Below are positions 50,574 to 61,939 of a DNA stretch of 64,000 nt, piece by piece (positions within the stretch are counted from its first letter, which is position 1; every line of letters starts with the position of its first letter). The stretch is from assembly GCA_963804995.1 (NCBI GenBank), contig CAWDSK010000006.1:352001-416000 (forward strand), in the 5' to 3' direction. The position numbers and the translations under genes were made by a program. The stretch comes from an uncultured Acidobacteriota bacterium (GTDB lineage Bacteria; Acidobacteriota; Terriglobia; UBA7540). The notes beneath the pieces were generated by a model. That model ran no database searches, was not told the origin of the DNA, and was given only the letters and a program-made list of their open reading frames with translations.

Positions 50574-51953
50574 CTATTTCGCTGGCGGTTCGGTGGTGCG
50601 AACCTGCTCAACCAGTTCGTGTACCTTTCGAATGATCGTCTCTTCAATGGAGGGCGCGAAAGCGGCGGGCAGGCCGGTATAAATACCCGCTTCGCCCCCT
50701 TCGTAACCTCCTTCTTTAAGAACCCGCAACGAGGGTATGTAAGCGAACGCGGTATCGTTCGAGTAACCCGCCACCCAGAGTTGTTGCCGGCCCAGCTCCT
50801 TCTTCAGCCGCAACGAATAATCCACCACGCACTCGCCGGACAGCGCCACCAGGGTCAGATCCGAACCGAATTGCCAGACTTGGAGCGGGTAGGGGTAATC
50901 ACTCGGCAGGCGCCCATCCCGGTCCAGGAACCTGAGCATCTGCTGCGCGTGCCGCCGGTGGTATTTGTTCGCATCCCCTAATTGCGACTCCAACTCCGCC
51001 CGGGTTGGCGGGGGCGCAAATGCTACAGGGAACTCTTCGTAAGCCGACTTCAGAGGTCCGGCGACTTTTCTCAATGGACCTGCGGCAGTTTTATCAACTG
51101 CCACGGCCAACTCCTCTCCGTGCTGGCGGGCAAGCTCCAAGGTCCCCCGCGGATGCGCATTGGCATCGCCTCCGCAGCCCTGCACAAATAGCGCGGTAGC
51201 TCCGGGGTGGTGTTTTTCCAGCCACTCCTGGGCATAACCGGCATAATCGCCGGCGTACTGATAGAAGTCGTCGGTTAGCGTGGTGTTATGACAGGCATAG
51301 CCAAACACTACGGCTCGAAGCTTCCCTCGCCGTCCTTGGATTTTCAGGAAGGGGACGTCGTGGTCCACCGGACCTTCCTGGTTTGCCCCCGTCCGGCCCT
51401 CTTCCCGCCGGTTTGCCGCAAATTGGGCTGAGGTAATTCCAAAGCCCAGTCGAGCCGGGCCAAGGTTCTGTAACGCCTGGCCTATGACCGCCACGATCTT
51501 ATCCTCCAGTTCGAGAACATAACGATCCACCGCAGCCCATTGCTCGGGAGTCATGTCGTAGGTAATCTCTTCCATATGGTCGGTGACAGGACTGCAATGT
51601 GTGTGCGAGGCGTTCAAGAGCAGGCACCGGCGCGGGATGCCGTACTGCTTTTGGACGCGCTCGGCTATTCTCTTGCTAAGCACACCGGGCAAGTTCTCCA
51701 AGTCGGTTGTGACCATCACGGCCCGATTTCCCGCTTGGTCTTCCAAAGCTAGTGCCTTGGCGTAAAGATCCTGGGCCGTACCTTCGGATGGCTTTGTTCG
51801 GGCAGCAAAGCCAGCCAACCAAAGAGACTCATGGGGCGTGATAACCACCTCAGCTGAGCCTGCCTTCCAGCGCTGAGTAGTGGCGGAAAACGATAGAACA
51901 GGGAGCGTTAGCACGGATACTATCATTACAAATAAGGAAAGCTTCTTAGACAT
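50574..51953 (-). CDS. Neutral/alkaline ceramidase-like secreted hydrolase
   Basis: ITP..LAGF, LYAKALAL, NASHTHCSP, YACHNTT, QGCGGD, GYSND, GGYEG. Confidence 0.85.
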   Translation of the reverse strand: MSKKLSLFVMIVSVLTLPVLSFSATTQRWKAGSAEVVITPHESLWLAGFAARTKPSEGTAQDLYAKALALEDQAGNRAVMVTTDLENLPGVLSKRIAERVQKQYGIPRRCLLLNASHTHCSPVTDHMEEITYDMTPEQWAAVDRYVLELEDKIVAVIGQALQNLGPARLGFGITSAQFAANRREEGRTGANQEGPVDHDVPFLKIQGRRGKLRAVVFGYACHNTTLTDDFYQYAGDYAGYAQEWLEKHHPGATALFVQGCGGDANAHPRGTLELARQHGEELAVAVDKTAAGPLRKVAGPLKSAYEEFPVAFAPPPTRAELESQLGDANKYHRRHAQQMLRFLDRDGRLPSDYPYPLQVWQFGSDLTLVALSGECVVDYSLRLKKELGRQQLWVAGYSNDTAFAYIPSLRVLKEGGYEGGEAGIYTGLPAAFAPSIEETIIRKVHELVEQVRTTEPPAK

Positions 51954-52124
51954 ACTCTGCTCCTTGGGTCTTACCTAACGAAACCGGGGGGTCCGCGTAG
52001 CGGAAGAGGCCCCACGTTTTGCGGGTGGCCCTGAGGGGATCCTGACTTTCAGCGAATAGACACCATCAGCAGGAGCTTTTTCCCTTTTCCCTTTTGGTTT
52101 TTTGGCACGGCTTCGCGGCTCGAA

Positions 52125-55100
52125 TCAATCCGCCCAATCACATAACGATTCAACATAAGCCGCTGAGCCATCGCGAAGCCAGCCATCGAGTTGGGCCGCC
52201 TCCTTGAGCTGTTGCCCCCGCAGCCGCGGGACGGCTACGAAGCGGCAGGACAATTCCGGCAGGCCCGTCATATCGCCCCAGAGCTTTTCAAACTGCGCTA
52301 CGGGCAAGACATCTTCCTGCCCTTTCCCCCAGCGCTTTTTGACGTCCTTCAGCGTAATGTAGGTGGGCATGCGAGCGGCCAGGTTGCGAACCGCGCTGTT
52401 CAAGAGCTCAGAGTTCGTGAGGTCGCCGCGGGCGAGTCCAAGCATGGAAAGGAGCTGGTCGATGTCGATCCAATAGGTCGCGCTGTTGTACCAGGAAAGG
52501 TGCGATTCAATCTCTTCACTCGGCAGCGCGAGACCTTCAATCAGGCGGACGCGGCCATCGATGCGGCCCAACCCGCCACCGCGATCCTCAACTTGCCGGG
52601 CAATCACCTCCGTAGTGAGCGCCGCACCCTGCTCAATGTGGTAACCCAGCAGCCCAGGATCCACGTCGGCTCCCGTAGTATCGATGTTGTGAACCATCAG
52701 GTACTTTAAGCGCGGGCTTTCCTCAAACAGGCGAACCAGTGTGCCGTTGCGGATCAGGTTCGGCACTTCGTACCAGTGTCCGACCGGGTGCAGGCACTGC
52801 ATCGGCACATTATCAGCGTAGCTTGCGCCTTCGCCCATCTGTCGTGCCCAGGCAATCAGCGTGGCGTGCAGGCTGTCACGAACCTTCTGGGCCTGCTCAT
52901 CAAGCATTTGCTGAGGCAACTCTTCCCAGGCAAATCGCAAGTCGCGCTCCATGGGAATCAGACGCAGGCCGATGGAGCGTCCTGGCGATACCAGTAAGGG
53001 ACCGGGGTAGCCATAGTTGCCCGCTGCGCGGAGCTGCGCCTCGATCGCATCGTGCGTCAGGTAACTGGTAGTGATGACATGCGGCAGGGTGACACCTGAA
53101 ATGCGGCTGGTCCGGCGGCTCTTAGCCAAGTGCACTTCGATGAAGCTGCGGTGCCTGCCCCCCAACTTACAAAAAGGATTGAGCGCCTTGACAACCCCCG
53201 CACCTTTCGTCCAACGACTGCCCGCGCCCCCGGCGAAGGAAACCACAGCCACCCTGCCCGCGGCCAGCGCGTCCCTACCGGTTTCCTGATAGGAGGGCGC
53301 CATACCCTGGGTAGCATCAAACAGATCATCCGGGCCGACATCCGTAATCCGACTGCTGATGGGCAGGCGATTCTGCGCCAGCCCCACCCGCCCGCTCCGC
53401 AAGTCCGCCTGGATCTGTTCGTGCTCCATGCGGTCAAACCCATGGGCTTCCAGCAGAGCTTCCAGGCTTTGCGCACGGTCGGCTCCTGGCGCACTCTGGG
53501 GAATGAGGTGCTCAAAGACGTATTGCACCATACCCAGGAATTCCGGCACGTTGTGGCACGCGGCCGTGAAGCGCTCAAGCTCCGCCCGTCGCAGGGGTGA
53601 AAGCAAGCGGGACTCCATGCGCAGGAGGGTGGGCACGCCCTGCTGGTAGTAGCCTGGGGGCATCAACGCAGCGTCACCGCTGAAAAGCACCGCCTCAGTC
53701 CCGCGCTCGTTGACAGCGAAATCGTAGACCACGGGTTCCATGGCGAAAGGTATGGCGTGCTCCATCTGCCGCTTGGTATCGCTCATGATGGCCTGCAGCC
53801 GCTCTTGGGCTGCCGACTTCTGGCCCGGGGCAAACAGGAAGCCCATGCCCCCGCCTGACATGCCGCCGAGCATCCAAAAACCCCAGAAGCTGTCGCCCAT
53901 TTCCGCACGCACGCGGCGGATGAGCGTTTCCGTATAAAGATTGCCTGCCCAAGGAATAATGGATTGAATGGGGCCATCGTAGTTGCGCTGCGTCAGGCGG
54001 CCCAGGGCGCGGAACGTCACCTTTCTTCAGGTTTTCGATGAGCTCATCGAGAATGTGACCAGCTTCGCTGCGGCTCGCCCATTCCCTTTCCGACCGGAGC
54101 AGATATTTCTCCGTCACCATCTCCAGAATCGGACCCACATCCTGCGCCATGCCGCCATGCACGAGTACGAGGCTTTGTTGAAGTTGACTACGGGTCTCCG
54201 GCGAAACGTCCTGACGGCTGAAAATATGATGGTCCGGCAGCAGACGGCCGCGGCTGACTCCGAATTCGGGATCGCCTTCCCCGGCAGCGACCCCGTGGAT
54301 GAGCTTGATTCCCGGCCACACTCCGCCGGAATCCTGCCAGCCTCCTCCCGAGCCGGCCAACCATTCGCCCAGGATGGCGCGCGCGGCCACCAGGCGGCGG
54401 TCGCTCTCTTCGAGACCACCGGTGAGCGCGTGAATCTGGCTCGTGGCGCGCATGCAAACGGAGATCAGGCAGGCCAGCAGGCTGGTCGACACCGCCAGGC
54501 GCGAGCCTCGGGGGATATCGTTCACCTTGCTGACAATCTCAATACCATGGCCGGGCCTGCCCGTCAGATGTAGCAGCACATCAGCGAGGGGTTGAGTAGC
54601 ACCCTCCATCCCCGGTGGCACAATTCCGGAGGCAATCACCGCGGCCTTGAGCAGCCCCAAGTAGTCGCGCGCGAAATCAAAGAGCTCCGCAATCGAGTCG
54701 ATTTCCGCGCTGCTCTTGAGATCCACACTCACTAACCGGAGCACGGGCTGATCGATGACCCGGAGCCAAGCTTCCACGGGCGGCCGGGGTAGGCCGGAGC
54801 CACGCACGCTCAGGTCAATCGAAGTGTTCAGCACGCGGGCGCCTTCCGGAAAGTCCATCCCGAGAAAGAAGATGTCGCTCCATCCGCTGTGGCTCAAGTC
54901 CATGCGGACGGGCGTGGCCTCGCGCAGGATGGGGAAGAGCTCATCCGGGCTCTCACGCGTCAGAAGTTCGGGGCGAATCCGCAGCGGGGCATCCTCAGGG
55001 TGGGCGGCGCGGAACATCCACTGGTTGCCGCGCACCGAGCGCACACTGCGCCGCACCTGGTCAGCCAGAGTCTGAAATCCCAGGGCGCGGTAGCCCGCAG

Positions 55101-55449
55101 CCAAGGCGCTGGAGATGGCCGCGCTCGGGCCGTCAGCAGCTTGTGCGGCGAGGAAAATATCCAGGGCTTCTTCAAAGCGGCGCTTCAGAAGGCTCGTGTA
55201 ACCTGCGAAAGGGATCAGAGAGCGTGTGCCAGCCGACTCTTGCGTGGAAATGTGAAAGCGATGGATGGCGTAGAGGAAGAACAGGGCGCGGACGCGTTCG
55301 TAGAGGTTGTCGCTGCTCCGGCGGAAACGATCGAGCGCCTCGCATTCACGGAGCAAGTCTTCGATGGTTGCGGCGCGCGCCAGTACGTCGAGTGAACGAT
55401 TGCGTGTTTCGGGATCTTTTGCAGTGATGACGCTGGTAAAGGGGCTCAC
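52125..55449 (-). CDS. About 1100-aa GHMP sugar kinase plus UDP-sugar pyrophosphorylase fusion (split by a 1-bp insertion at about 54013)
   Basis: [31 protein letters not shown]; then [29 protein letters not shown]. The corrected junction reads KKGDVRALG. Confidence 0.88.
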
Positions 55450-56309
55450 CGCTCGCTCCCGGACGAGGGAGTTGACATCTCGCGCTCCGCGAGCAATTCA
55501 AGCAGGTGGGAGAGCACTTCCTCACGGTCCCGGCCGGACAGCGCCAGGGCCAGTTGCGCGGTGAGTAATCCGTAGCGGGCGCCCAGATCATACCGTCGGC
55601 CCGTGACTTCCAGCGCCAGGTACTGTTCCTGCCGGGCGAGTTCGGCGAGCGCCGCCGAGAGCGTGATGGAGCCACTGGGAGCACTTGTCAACATGCGCCC
55701 CAGCAGGTCCATAACGGTGGGTGTCAAAACGTGGGTGCCGAAGAAACACAGATAATAGCCGGCCCGGATACCCGGAACCATGAGTCGCTGTTCGGCTTCG
55801 GTTGGGGTCGGCTTCTCGATCACGGTCTCAACGCGATAAACGCCGGGCCGTCCGGACATGCGGCGTCCGGCCACCGCGCCAAACCGGGGCAGCAAACTTT
55901 CGCGCGTGGGCTGAACTCCGGAGGCTGAGCACGACTCGCTCTCGGCGAGTTCCACCAGGCGCTGCACGCCGGGCCTTGCGGCGCTGACGTACAGGTGATC
56001 TCCCACCATGTGCAAGAAGGGCTCATTGCCGACGAAGTCTCGCGCGCAGTAGAGGGCGTGACCGTATCCGCGCGGGGACTCTTGCGGGATGAACCGCACT
56101 GCGCCGGAGTGATTGCCGGCGGCCTGGGCGTAACGCGTTTCGTCACCGGGCCAGACAATCACGCAAATCTCCCCAATATTCGCAGTGAGGGCCTGCTCAA
56201 TCAGGATGCCGAGAACTGATTTCTCCGCTCCGTCGTGGATGAGAGTCTGCAAGGGAAGCGCCCGTTGATTCGCCCCCGCGGCGGTAATCACTGCCTTTCT
56301 GATCCGCAC
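55446..56309 (-). CDS. GalU-like sugar-phosphate nucleotidyltransferase
   Basis: [37 protein letters not shown] overlap with the downstream fusion gene. Confidence 0.88.
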   Translation of the reverse strand: MRIRKAVITAAGANQRALPLQTLIHDGAEKSVLGILIEQALTANIGEICVIVWPGDETRYAQAAGNHSGAVRFIPQESPRGYGHALYCARDFVGNEPFLHMVGDHLYVSAARPGVQRLVELAESESCSASGVQPTRESLLPRFGAVAGRRMSGRPGVYRVETVIEKPTPTEAEQRLMVPGIRAGYYLCFFGTHVLTPTVMDLLGRMLTSAPSGSITLSAALAELARQEQYLALEVTGRRYDLGARYGLLTAQLALALSGRDREEVLSHLLELLAEREMSTPSSGSER

Positions 56310-56467
56310 GTTCCATGCTCCTCTTCGGTGATTGTGCCGGGCACTCAGGATTTCATGCGACCTGGGGCCCCATCGCAATTGGTTTACTTGTTGTAATCCT
56401 CAGGCTCCAGGCGGTCCGGGTATTTCTGTTGGCACACCCTATTGAGGCGTGCATTATAGCCATTGTC

Positions 56468-57106
56468 CTACTTACGCACCACCGCAGCGAACTGGTAACC
56501 CTCGTGACAGGCGGGGCCCCAGCAGCCCGGACCCGCCAAGCCACGTCCGCGCATGCCTCCTCCGAGGTACGCCGCCCCGCGCAGAGTTTTCCAGTCCTGC
56601 GACACAGGTCCGAGGGCCACAATCGGAGGAACTTCCTGCTGCTTGTCAGGGTAAGTCGCACCGAAGGCGAGGAGTTCCGGCAACCCGGCAGGACGTAAGT
56701 TGCGTTTGTTGAGCTCACGGAGGATTTCTTCAGACTCCATGCGGCGCCGGTGGATAGGCAGCAGCACCACGTCGACCTTGGAGATGCCGCGGCAGTTCAC
56801 TGGGAAATCGCCGGAGTTGATTTCGAGCTCCCTCCAGTCGTACTTCCCTGCCTTGATCATCTGCTCCACCGTCTGGCTACAATCAACCACCACCGGGAAA
56901 ACCGAGTTTCCGGCTTTTACGGGTGAGGCTGGCGGGTTCTTGTTTTCGTCGCCACCGACGATGCCGGCAACGCGCGCCTCGTTCCTGGTACGCCCGAAAT
57001 TCTCCCGTCCCTGGGCGACGCTCGAAAACCTGATTGAAAATAAAACGGCCAAGCCGAATGCACCGAAGGTGCAGAAAACAATAGTTTTCATTACGACCCC
57101 TTTCAT
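56468..57106 (-). CDS. Secreted hypothetical protein
   Basis: Signal peptide; LRPAGLPELLAFGATYP; ends FAAVVRK. Confidence 0.7.
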   Translation of the reverse strand: MKGVVMKTIVFCTFGAFGLAVLFSIRFSSVAQGRENFGRTRNEARVAGIVGGDENKNPPASPVKAGNSVFPVVVDCSQTVEQMIKAGKYDWRELEINSGDFPVNCRGISKVDVVLLPIHRRRMESEEILRELNKRNLRPAGLPELLAFGATYPDKQQEVPPIVALGPVSQDWKTLRGAAYLGGGMRGRGLAGPGCWGPACHEGYQFAAVVRK

Positions 57107-59047
57107 TTCTGTTGACCTGCGCTGGAATCAGGGTTCATCACGGAATCCCAGCGCGCGGCCGCCCGATCGGTGATCTTCCGGAACGTCGGCGGCAATCAAA
57201 AGGCGCGCGCGCACCAGCGTTTCTGCCGCGGCGCCGACCTTCTGCACGTACTCCTCGCGGCTCTGGTAGCGCTCTTCAATCGACAGGCGAGGATCCTGAC
57301 TCTTCTCGCGGTCGGCCCGGGTGCGTGGAAACGGAAGGAACGATCCCACCATGTCATAGGTCACATCGGGCGCGCCAATGGCGGGGTCGCGCAGGTTCCA
57401 ACCGGTAAAAGTCGCGAGCGGAACGATCTGTTCCGGCAGGCGGATACCTGAAATCTCATTGCCATCCGCGTCCACCTGCGGCACCAGAATGGGAAAAGGC
57501 TGCCCGAGCTTGGGCGGCTCGAAAGCGATAATGCCCTTGGTACGGAAATCGGGGCCAAAATCCAGGCGGTAGACGATGTACGGTTCTTTCGGCAAATGCA
57601 CTCCCGGGATTTTCGGGAACGCGAGCGCCGCCCGAGTCACCAGTTGGCGTTTGGCAATCAGGGGCAGCCGCGATTCGGGTGGAGTGGCGCCATTCGTAAT
57701 CCAGGCGTTCATGGCCAGCAGCAGCGCCCGCAGCGCATACCGGTAATCCTGGGGATTCGCCAGGTTTTCAGTATCGTGGCGGACTGGATTCGCATTGGCG
57801 CCGTGCTGCGTACCGGCGATATAGTAAATCCGCGATTCGGGCCCCGGCGCAAAATCGCGCCTGCCGTCAAGCGTGATGTGAGTCAGCGACGCCCCGCGGC
57901 CCCAGTATTCATACGAGCCATTGGTGTAGAAGATCTTGGGCACCACGTGCTGTGCGGTAGCGCGCCCAAGAATCGAATCGGTCACTCCGGAATCGGTCTG
58001 CGGCCGGTCGCTGAAGGGGAAGATGTCGGTCGGGTAAAAGCGATTGAGCCGCGCATGGCCGTCGCGCGAAGGCTGACCGAAACGGATATTGAAGCTGCCA
58101 CGGCCCGCACCGGCTACGTGCGGCCACACACCCTCAAAGACTTGGGATCCCTTTTCGTCCGCGTTGAAGCCATCGTACAGGAAGGTGCGCAGGAAGCGGC
58201 CGCTCTGCGATGAGCCGAAGCCGATAGCCCGTTTCACCGCACCGCTCTGTTTCAGGTACGAGATATAGTCACGGATGGCGGCTGAACCCAGTCCTGTAAC
58301 GACCGGATCCTTGCCTTGGTAAATCACCTCATAGATGCGGCCGGGCACAAAACCCGAATCGAACTCAACGCTCGCGCCGTCTTCAGAAAACCGCCACTGG
58401 CTGCGCGGGACCACAGTGGGCGCGGCAAGGGGATCATCCTGCCAGGTCATGGTTGCAGCGTCGGGGTCAGCAACTGCGTAAGGTGTTTGCGCGCGGTCCC
58501 CCAGTGAAGCGCGCGTGGTGCGCTCGTTGCGAATGATCTCCGCACGCACCGGGCCGGTGATACCTGGAATTCGAGGGGCATCCAGCGCCAGCATGCCGGG
58601 ACGCCTGGGCACATCCCACTCCCAACCGACCCAGACCAGCGTGAATCCCTGCTGGAAAAGCAGCGGATCGCCCAGGTCCTCGGCGGTGTGAGGGTCGGGC
58701 TTGCCGTCCAGATCGAACGTCCCGAGCAGCGACCTGCCACCGCGGTTCGATACCTCAAAAAGCGCGGTCCCGTTGCCCTTTGCCGGATCGACCGGCTTCA
58801 GCATAAACAGGTCTGCCGTAAATTCCACCAGACCCTGGGCGTTGCGCGGGGCAACGTCGATGTCAACAATGATGCGATTGGCGGCGAGCTTGGGGTCGAC
58901 GGCAAAGTGGATTTTCCCGACGATGCGTTCGTAGCCGGGGTAAGCGGGCAATTCGCCGCGCTCGGTGATGTCCACGCGGGTAACCGCCGCGCTGGCGGTG
59001 GCGGTGCATAAGGCGAACAAAATCGCGGCATTAACAAATCGACGCAT
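57103..59047 (-). CDS. Secreted alpha/beta hydrolase-domain protein (1-bp insertion at about 57182)
   Basis: EVSNRG, GSSQSGRFLR, EYWGR, AGTQH, PQVDADGNE. The corrected frame ends at a TGA overlapping the next ATG at 57106. Confidence 0.88.
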
Positions 59048-59143
59048 CGATCATCTTCCCCCGGCTCAAATTTCCGACAGCTTATCATTGCTGTGGCGGA
59101 AAGCAACTTCTGATCGGCAAGGAAGGTGGGGCAATTTGATATC

Positions 59144-59378
59144 GTAGCGGCGAGTTTACCTCGCCATGTGACGGCGTAAGGCCGCCTCTACGTAAGGGCG
59201 GCGTCCCGATCAGGTCGGGACAGTTGGCGAACTGTCGAAGCGTGCGCTGGGGTTGAGGAAGCCTTTCGCCCTCGGGGAACGGCTTGCCGTCAAACCTGAA
59301 AGCGTAGGGGTACCCCTCGTGGGTGCCCTAAGAGGGCCGACTCAGCCCCGGCCAGGGCAGGCACGAGACCGCCCCTAC
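59144..59378. repeat. Cluster of GTAG REP elements
   Basis: Family-A copy at 59144-59191, TCCCGATCAGGTCGGGA hairpin, and GTAGGGG...CCCCTAC at 59304-59378. Confidence 0.8.
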
Positions 59379-59529
59379 GTCTTCCCAGCCCCAACGGGGC
59401 GCAATCGGTCCTGAGGTGGTGTGACCCGGAGGTAGCGCCATTCGTCTGGGGAATTGCATTTGTCAGAAAAGCCCACGGTCACGAGAGGTCGCCGCGGCGA
59501 CACCGTAGCTACGCACTATATCGCGGCAC

Positions 59530-59843
59530 TCAGGGCTGTGGTCCCACTAACGGCACTCCCGAGGCGCGTGCAGCCATACGCAACTCTTTATCGAGCGTCG
59601 CTAGTGGATCAGGTCCTTGATTTTGAGCCCGCCGAGCCTCACGCCTTTGCGCAATTCCAGAATATCGGCGACGGCCTCAGCGGGAGATTTGGTCGCGGAC
59701 ACAGGATGGAAGGAAATGGACTCTTTTTGCGCGAGGGTTTCCAGTGCCCGCTCGATGACCTCTTCGGGTGAGCGATAAGGACCGCGGGTGAGCTGCTTTT
59801 GCAGCAACGCTTCGCCGTAAGGTGTCAGGCGTATGGTACTCAT
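59530..59843 (-). pseudogene. Antitoxin plus PIN/VapC toxin remnant joined by deletion
   Basis: RHH-like MSTIRLT..GPYRSPEEVIERAL..IKDLIH abuts LATLDKELRMAARASGVPL, a VapC-type C-terminus. Confidence 0.75.
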
Positions 59844-60062
59844 GAGTAAAGTATACGGGAAGTTTCAAATGCCTCGCAACGAAAAGGCCTTTCGCCGTAG
59901 GGGGAGTCGCCGCGGTGACCCACCCCCTGGTTCCGGATTCACCTTTTCCTTCGCAATTCTCCTCAAGTCATTGGGCTTAAGGGTCGATAAGTGTGTTTTA
60001 CAGGATGTCTGGGCGTTGCCAACCCCGGAACGAATCGGTCATCCACTGGGAGTAGCACCATA

Positions 60063-60686
60063 ATGTCATCAAGGCCAAAACTAAGCGTGTATTGGGCATC
60101 ATCGTGCGACGGTTGCGAAATCGCAATCGTCAACCTGCATGAGAAGTTTCTTAAAGTCGACGAACATTTCGAGCTGGTTTTCTGTCCCTGCCTCATGGAC
60201 ACCAAAAAGGCCGATGTGGAAGCCATGCCGGACGCAAGCATCGCCCTCACGCTTTTCAACGGCGCGATCCGCACGGAGGAGAACGAGGAGATGGCGCATC
60301 TATTGCGGCGGAAGTCGCAATTGCTGGTGGCCTACGGCTCGTGCTCTTCCCAGGGAGGTATCCCGGCGCTCAGTAATTTCCACTCCCGGGACGACCATTT
60401 CCGGGCGATCTATGGTGAGAACCCGAGCCTCGACAATCGCGCCCAAGTGGTTCCAAGGCCTCGCACCGAAGTCCCGGAAGGCGCCTTGGAATTGCCGGTT
60501 TTCTACGAGAGGGTCAGGACCCTGGCGCAATGCGTGAAGGTTGACTACTTCATGCCCGGCTGTCCGCCCGAGTCGCATCAGGTTTGGAACGTCATGGAAG
60601 CTATCATCAGCGGCCAGCCTCTTCCTCCGCCCGGAAGCGTGATTGGCGCGGGAACGTCGAGCGTCTGTGAGGAATGCGCGCGCACC
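60063..60686 (+). pseudogene. Group 3 [NiFe]-hydrogenase small subunit (MvhG/HoxY-like), 3'-truncated
   Basis: WASSCDGCE, FNGAIR, AYGSCS..GGIP, VDYFMPGCPPE, VCEEC then break; no large subunit follows. Confidence 0.85.
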
Positions 60687-60850
60687 GGAAGTTTCTAAAA
60701 AAGGCCACGACGCCTTGGCCCCCGGCGAAAAGGCAATTGACGATTCGTCTCGATGCGGACGTGCTCGAATGGCTCAAGGGTCAGGGCAAGGGCTACCAGA
60801 CGCGCATTAACCGCATTTTGCGCGTTGTGATGGAGAGTCAGCCCCCCAGC
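60687..60850 (+). pseudogene. BrnA-type antitoxin C-terminal fragment
   Basis: KRQLTIRLDADVLEWLKGQGKGYQTRINRILR. Confidence 0.85.
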
Positions 60851-60889
60851 CAAGTCATCGGTAGAACCTTTTGTGGGTCCTTTGCGCCA

Positions 60890-61055
60890 TGTCGCTGACT
60901 TGCCCGCTCCCGAAATGGCCGTGAGGCTGTCGAAGGTTTTCGGAGGCAGTGCCGAAACCTGGCTCACGCAGCAGGCGCACTACGAGCTTGCCCAGGTCCA
61001 CGCCGACCGCATCAAGCTCAAGCGGCTGGAATTGACCGTGGGTGTGTCATCATAG
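60890..61055 (+). pseudogene. HigA/VapI antitoxin C-terminal fragment
   Basis: PEMAVRLSKVFGGSAETWLTQQAHYEL. Confidence 0.82.
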
Positions 61056-61204
61056 GAAAGGCCCACGGGCACGAGAGTGCTGACGGTGGCCCCCTTTTCT
61101 CGCCGACCACACCCATCGCTAAAGCCGCGACGCACCTGTCCCGGCGTGCGAGGATACATCACCCCGCCACTTTTGACAAAGCACCCGTAGGAACTTAGAC
61201 TAAA

Positions 61205-61456
61205 GTGATGAGGAAGAATACCCAAGAACAATTGCGCTGCTTTGTAAATCTGCCGGACGGTTCGCAGCGCTTGTTTCCTACAGCGACCGAAATCCGGGAG
61301 ACGGAGGGCGGGGGGATCGAAATTATGAATGACTGGATCTTCCTCGACAGCTTTCGTAGGGGCGAGTTTTTGGGATATTGGATGAATCCCCAGTTTCTCA
61401 GAGCACACACAAAAAAGGCCGGCCGGGGTAGGCGGGCACCAAGACGGCGGAGGTAG
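61205..61456 (+). CDS. Small hypothetical protein
   Basis: Plausible 83-aa ORF with no recognised motif. Confidence 0.4.
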   Translation: MMRKNTQEQLRCFVNLPDGSQRLFPTATEIRETEGGGIEIMNDWIFLDSFRRGEFLGYWMNPQFLRAHTKKAGRGRRAPRRRR

Positions 61457-61483
61457 CGGCTGGAATTGGCTTAGGCAGGGTGT

Positions 61484-61939
61484 ATGACTGAAATTATTGC
61501 GGTTGTTTCTGCCAGTGCCACCGTGATCGGCCTTTACTTCGCATTTCAGCACCAGAGAAACGAACAATTAAAGATCCGGCTCGATGCTTACCCTAAGAAA
61601 GTGGCCATATTCAAGTGCACCGAGGAGTTTCTGGGTAGGGCTTGGACCGGCAACTACGCGTACATGCCCGCTCTCCTTGCAGAGTTCCACAACTGCACAA
61701 AGGAGGCCCGTTTTCTATTCGACAAGAAAATTGCTGATTATCTCGACTCCGTGTATGAAGGGGTGGAGCGCTATTTGCACTTACAAACAAGGATGGAAAT
61801 AGAGGGCGATTCGATGGGCTTTGACGAGAAGCGAGTATTGCAAGATCAAGTCTTCGCCTCGCGTCACTGGGTAGGCCAGCAATACATGCACCTGAAAGAA
61901 CGCTTCGCGAAGTATCTCGATTTAAGCGGGCTTCAGTGA
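61484..61939 (+). CDS. Hypothetical protein with N-terminal membrane anchor
   Basis: Hydrophobic N-terminus; EARFLFDKKI...FAKYL helical domain. Confidence 0.7.
   Translation: MTEIIAVVSASATVIGLYFAFQHQRNEQLKIRLDAYPKKVAIFKCTEEFLGRAWTGNYAYMPALLAEFHNCTKEARFLFDKKIADYLDSVYEGVERYLHLQTRMEIEGDSMGFDEKRVLQDQVFASRHWVGQQYMHLKERFAKYLDLSGLQ

Noticed and set aside
53990..54030. Programmed ribosomal frameshifting in the kinase-pyrophosphorylase gene
   Set aside because: No slippery sequence; the same GAACGT lesion recurs in unrelated genes on both strands.
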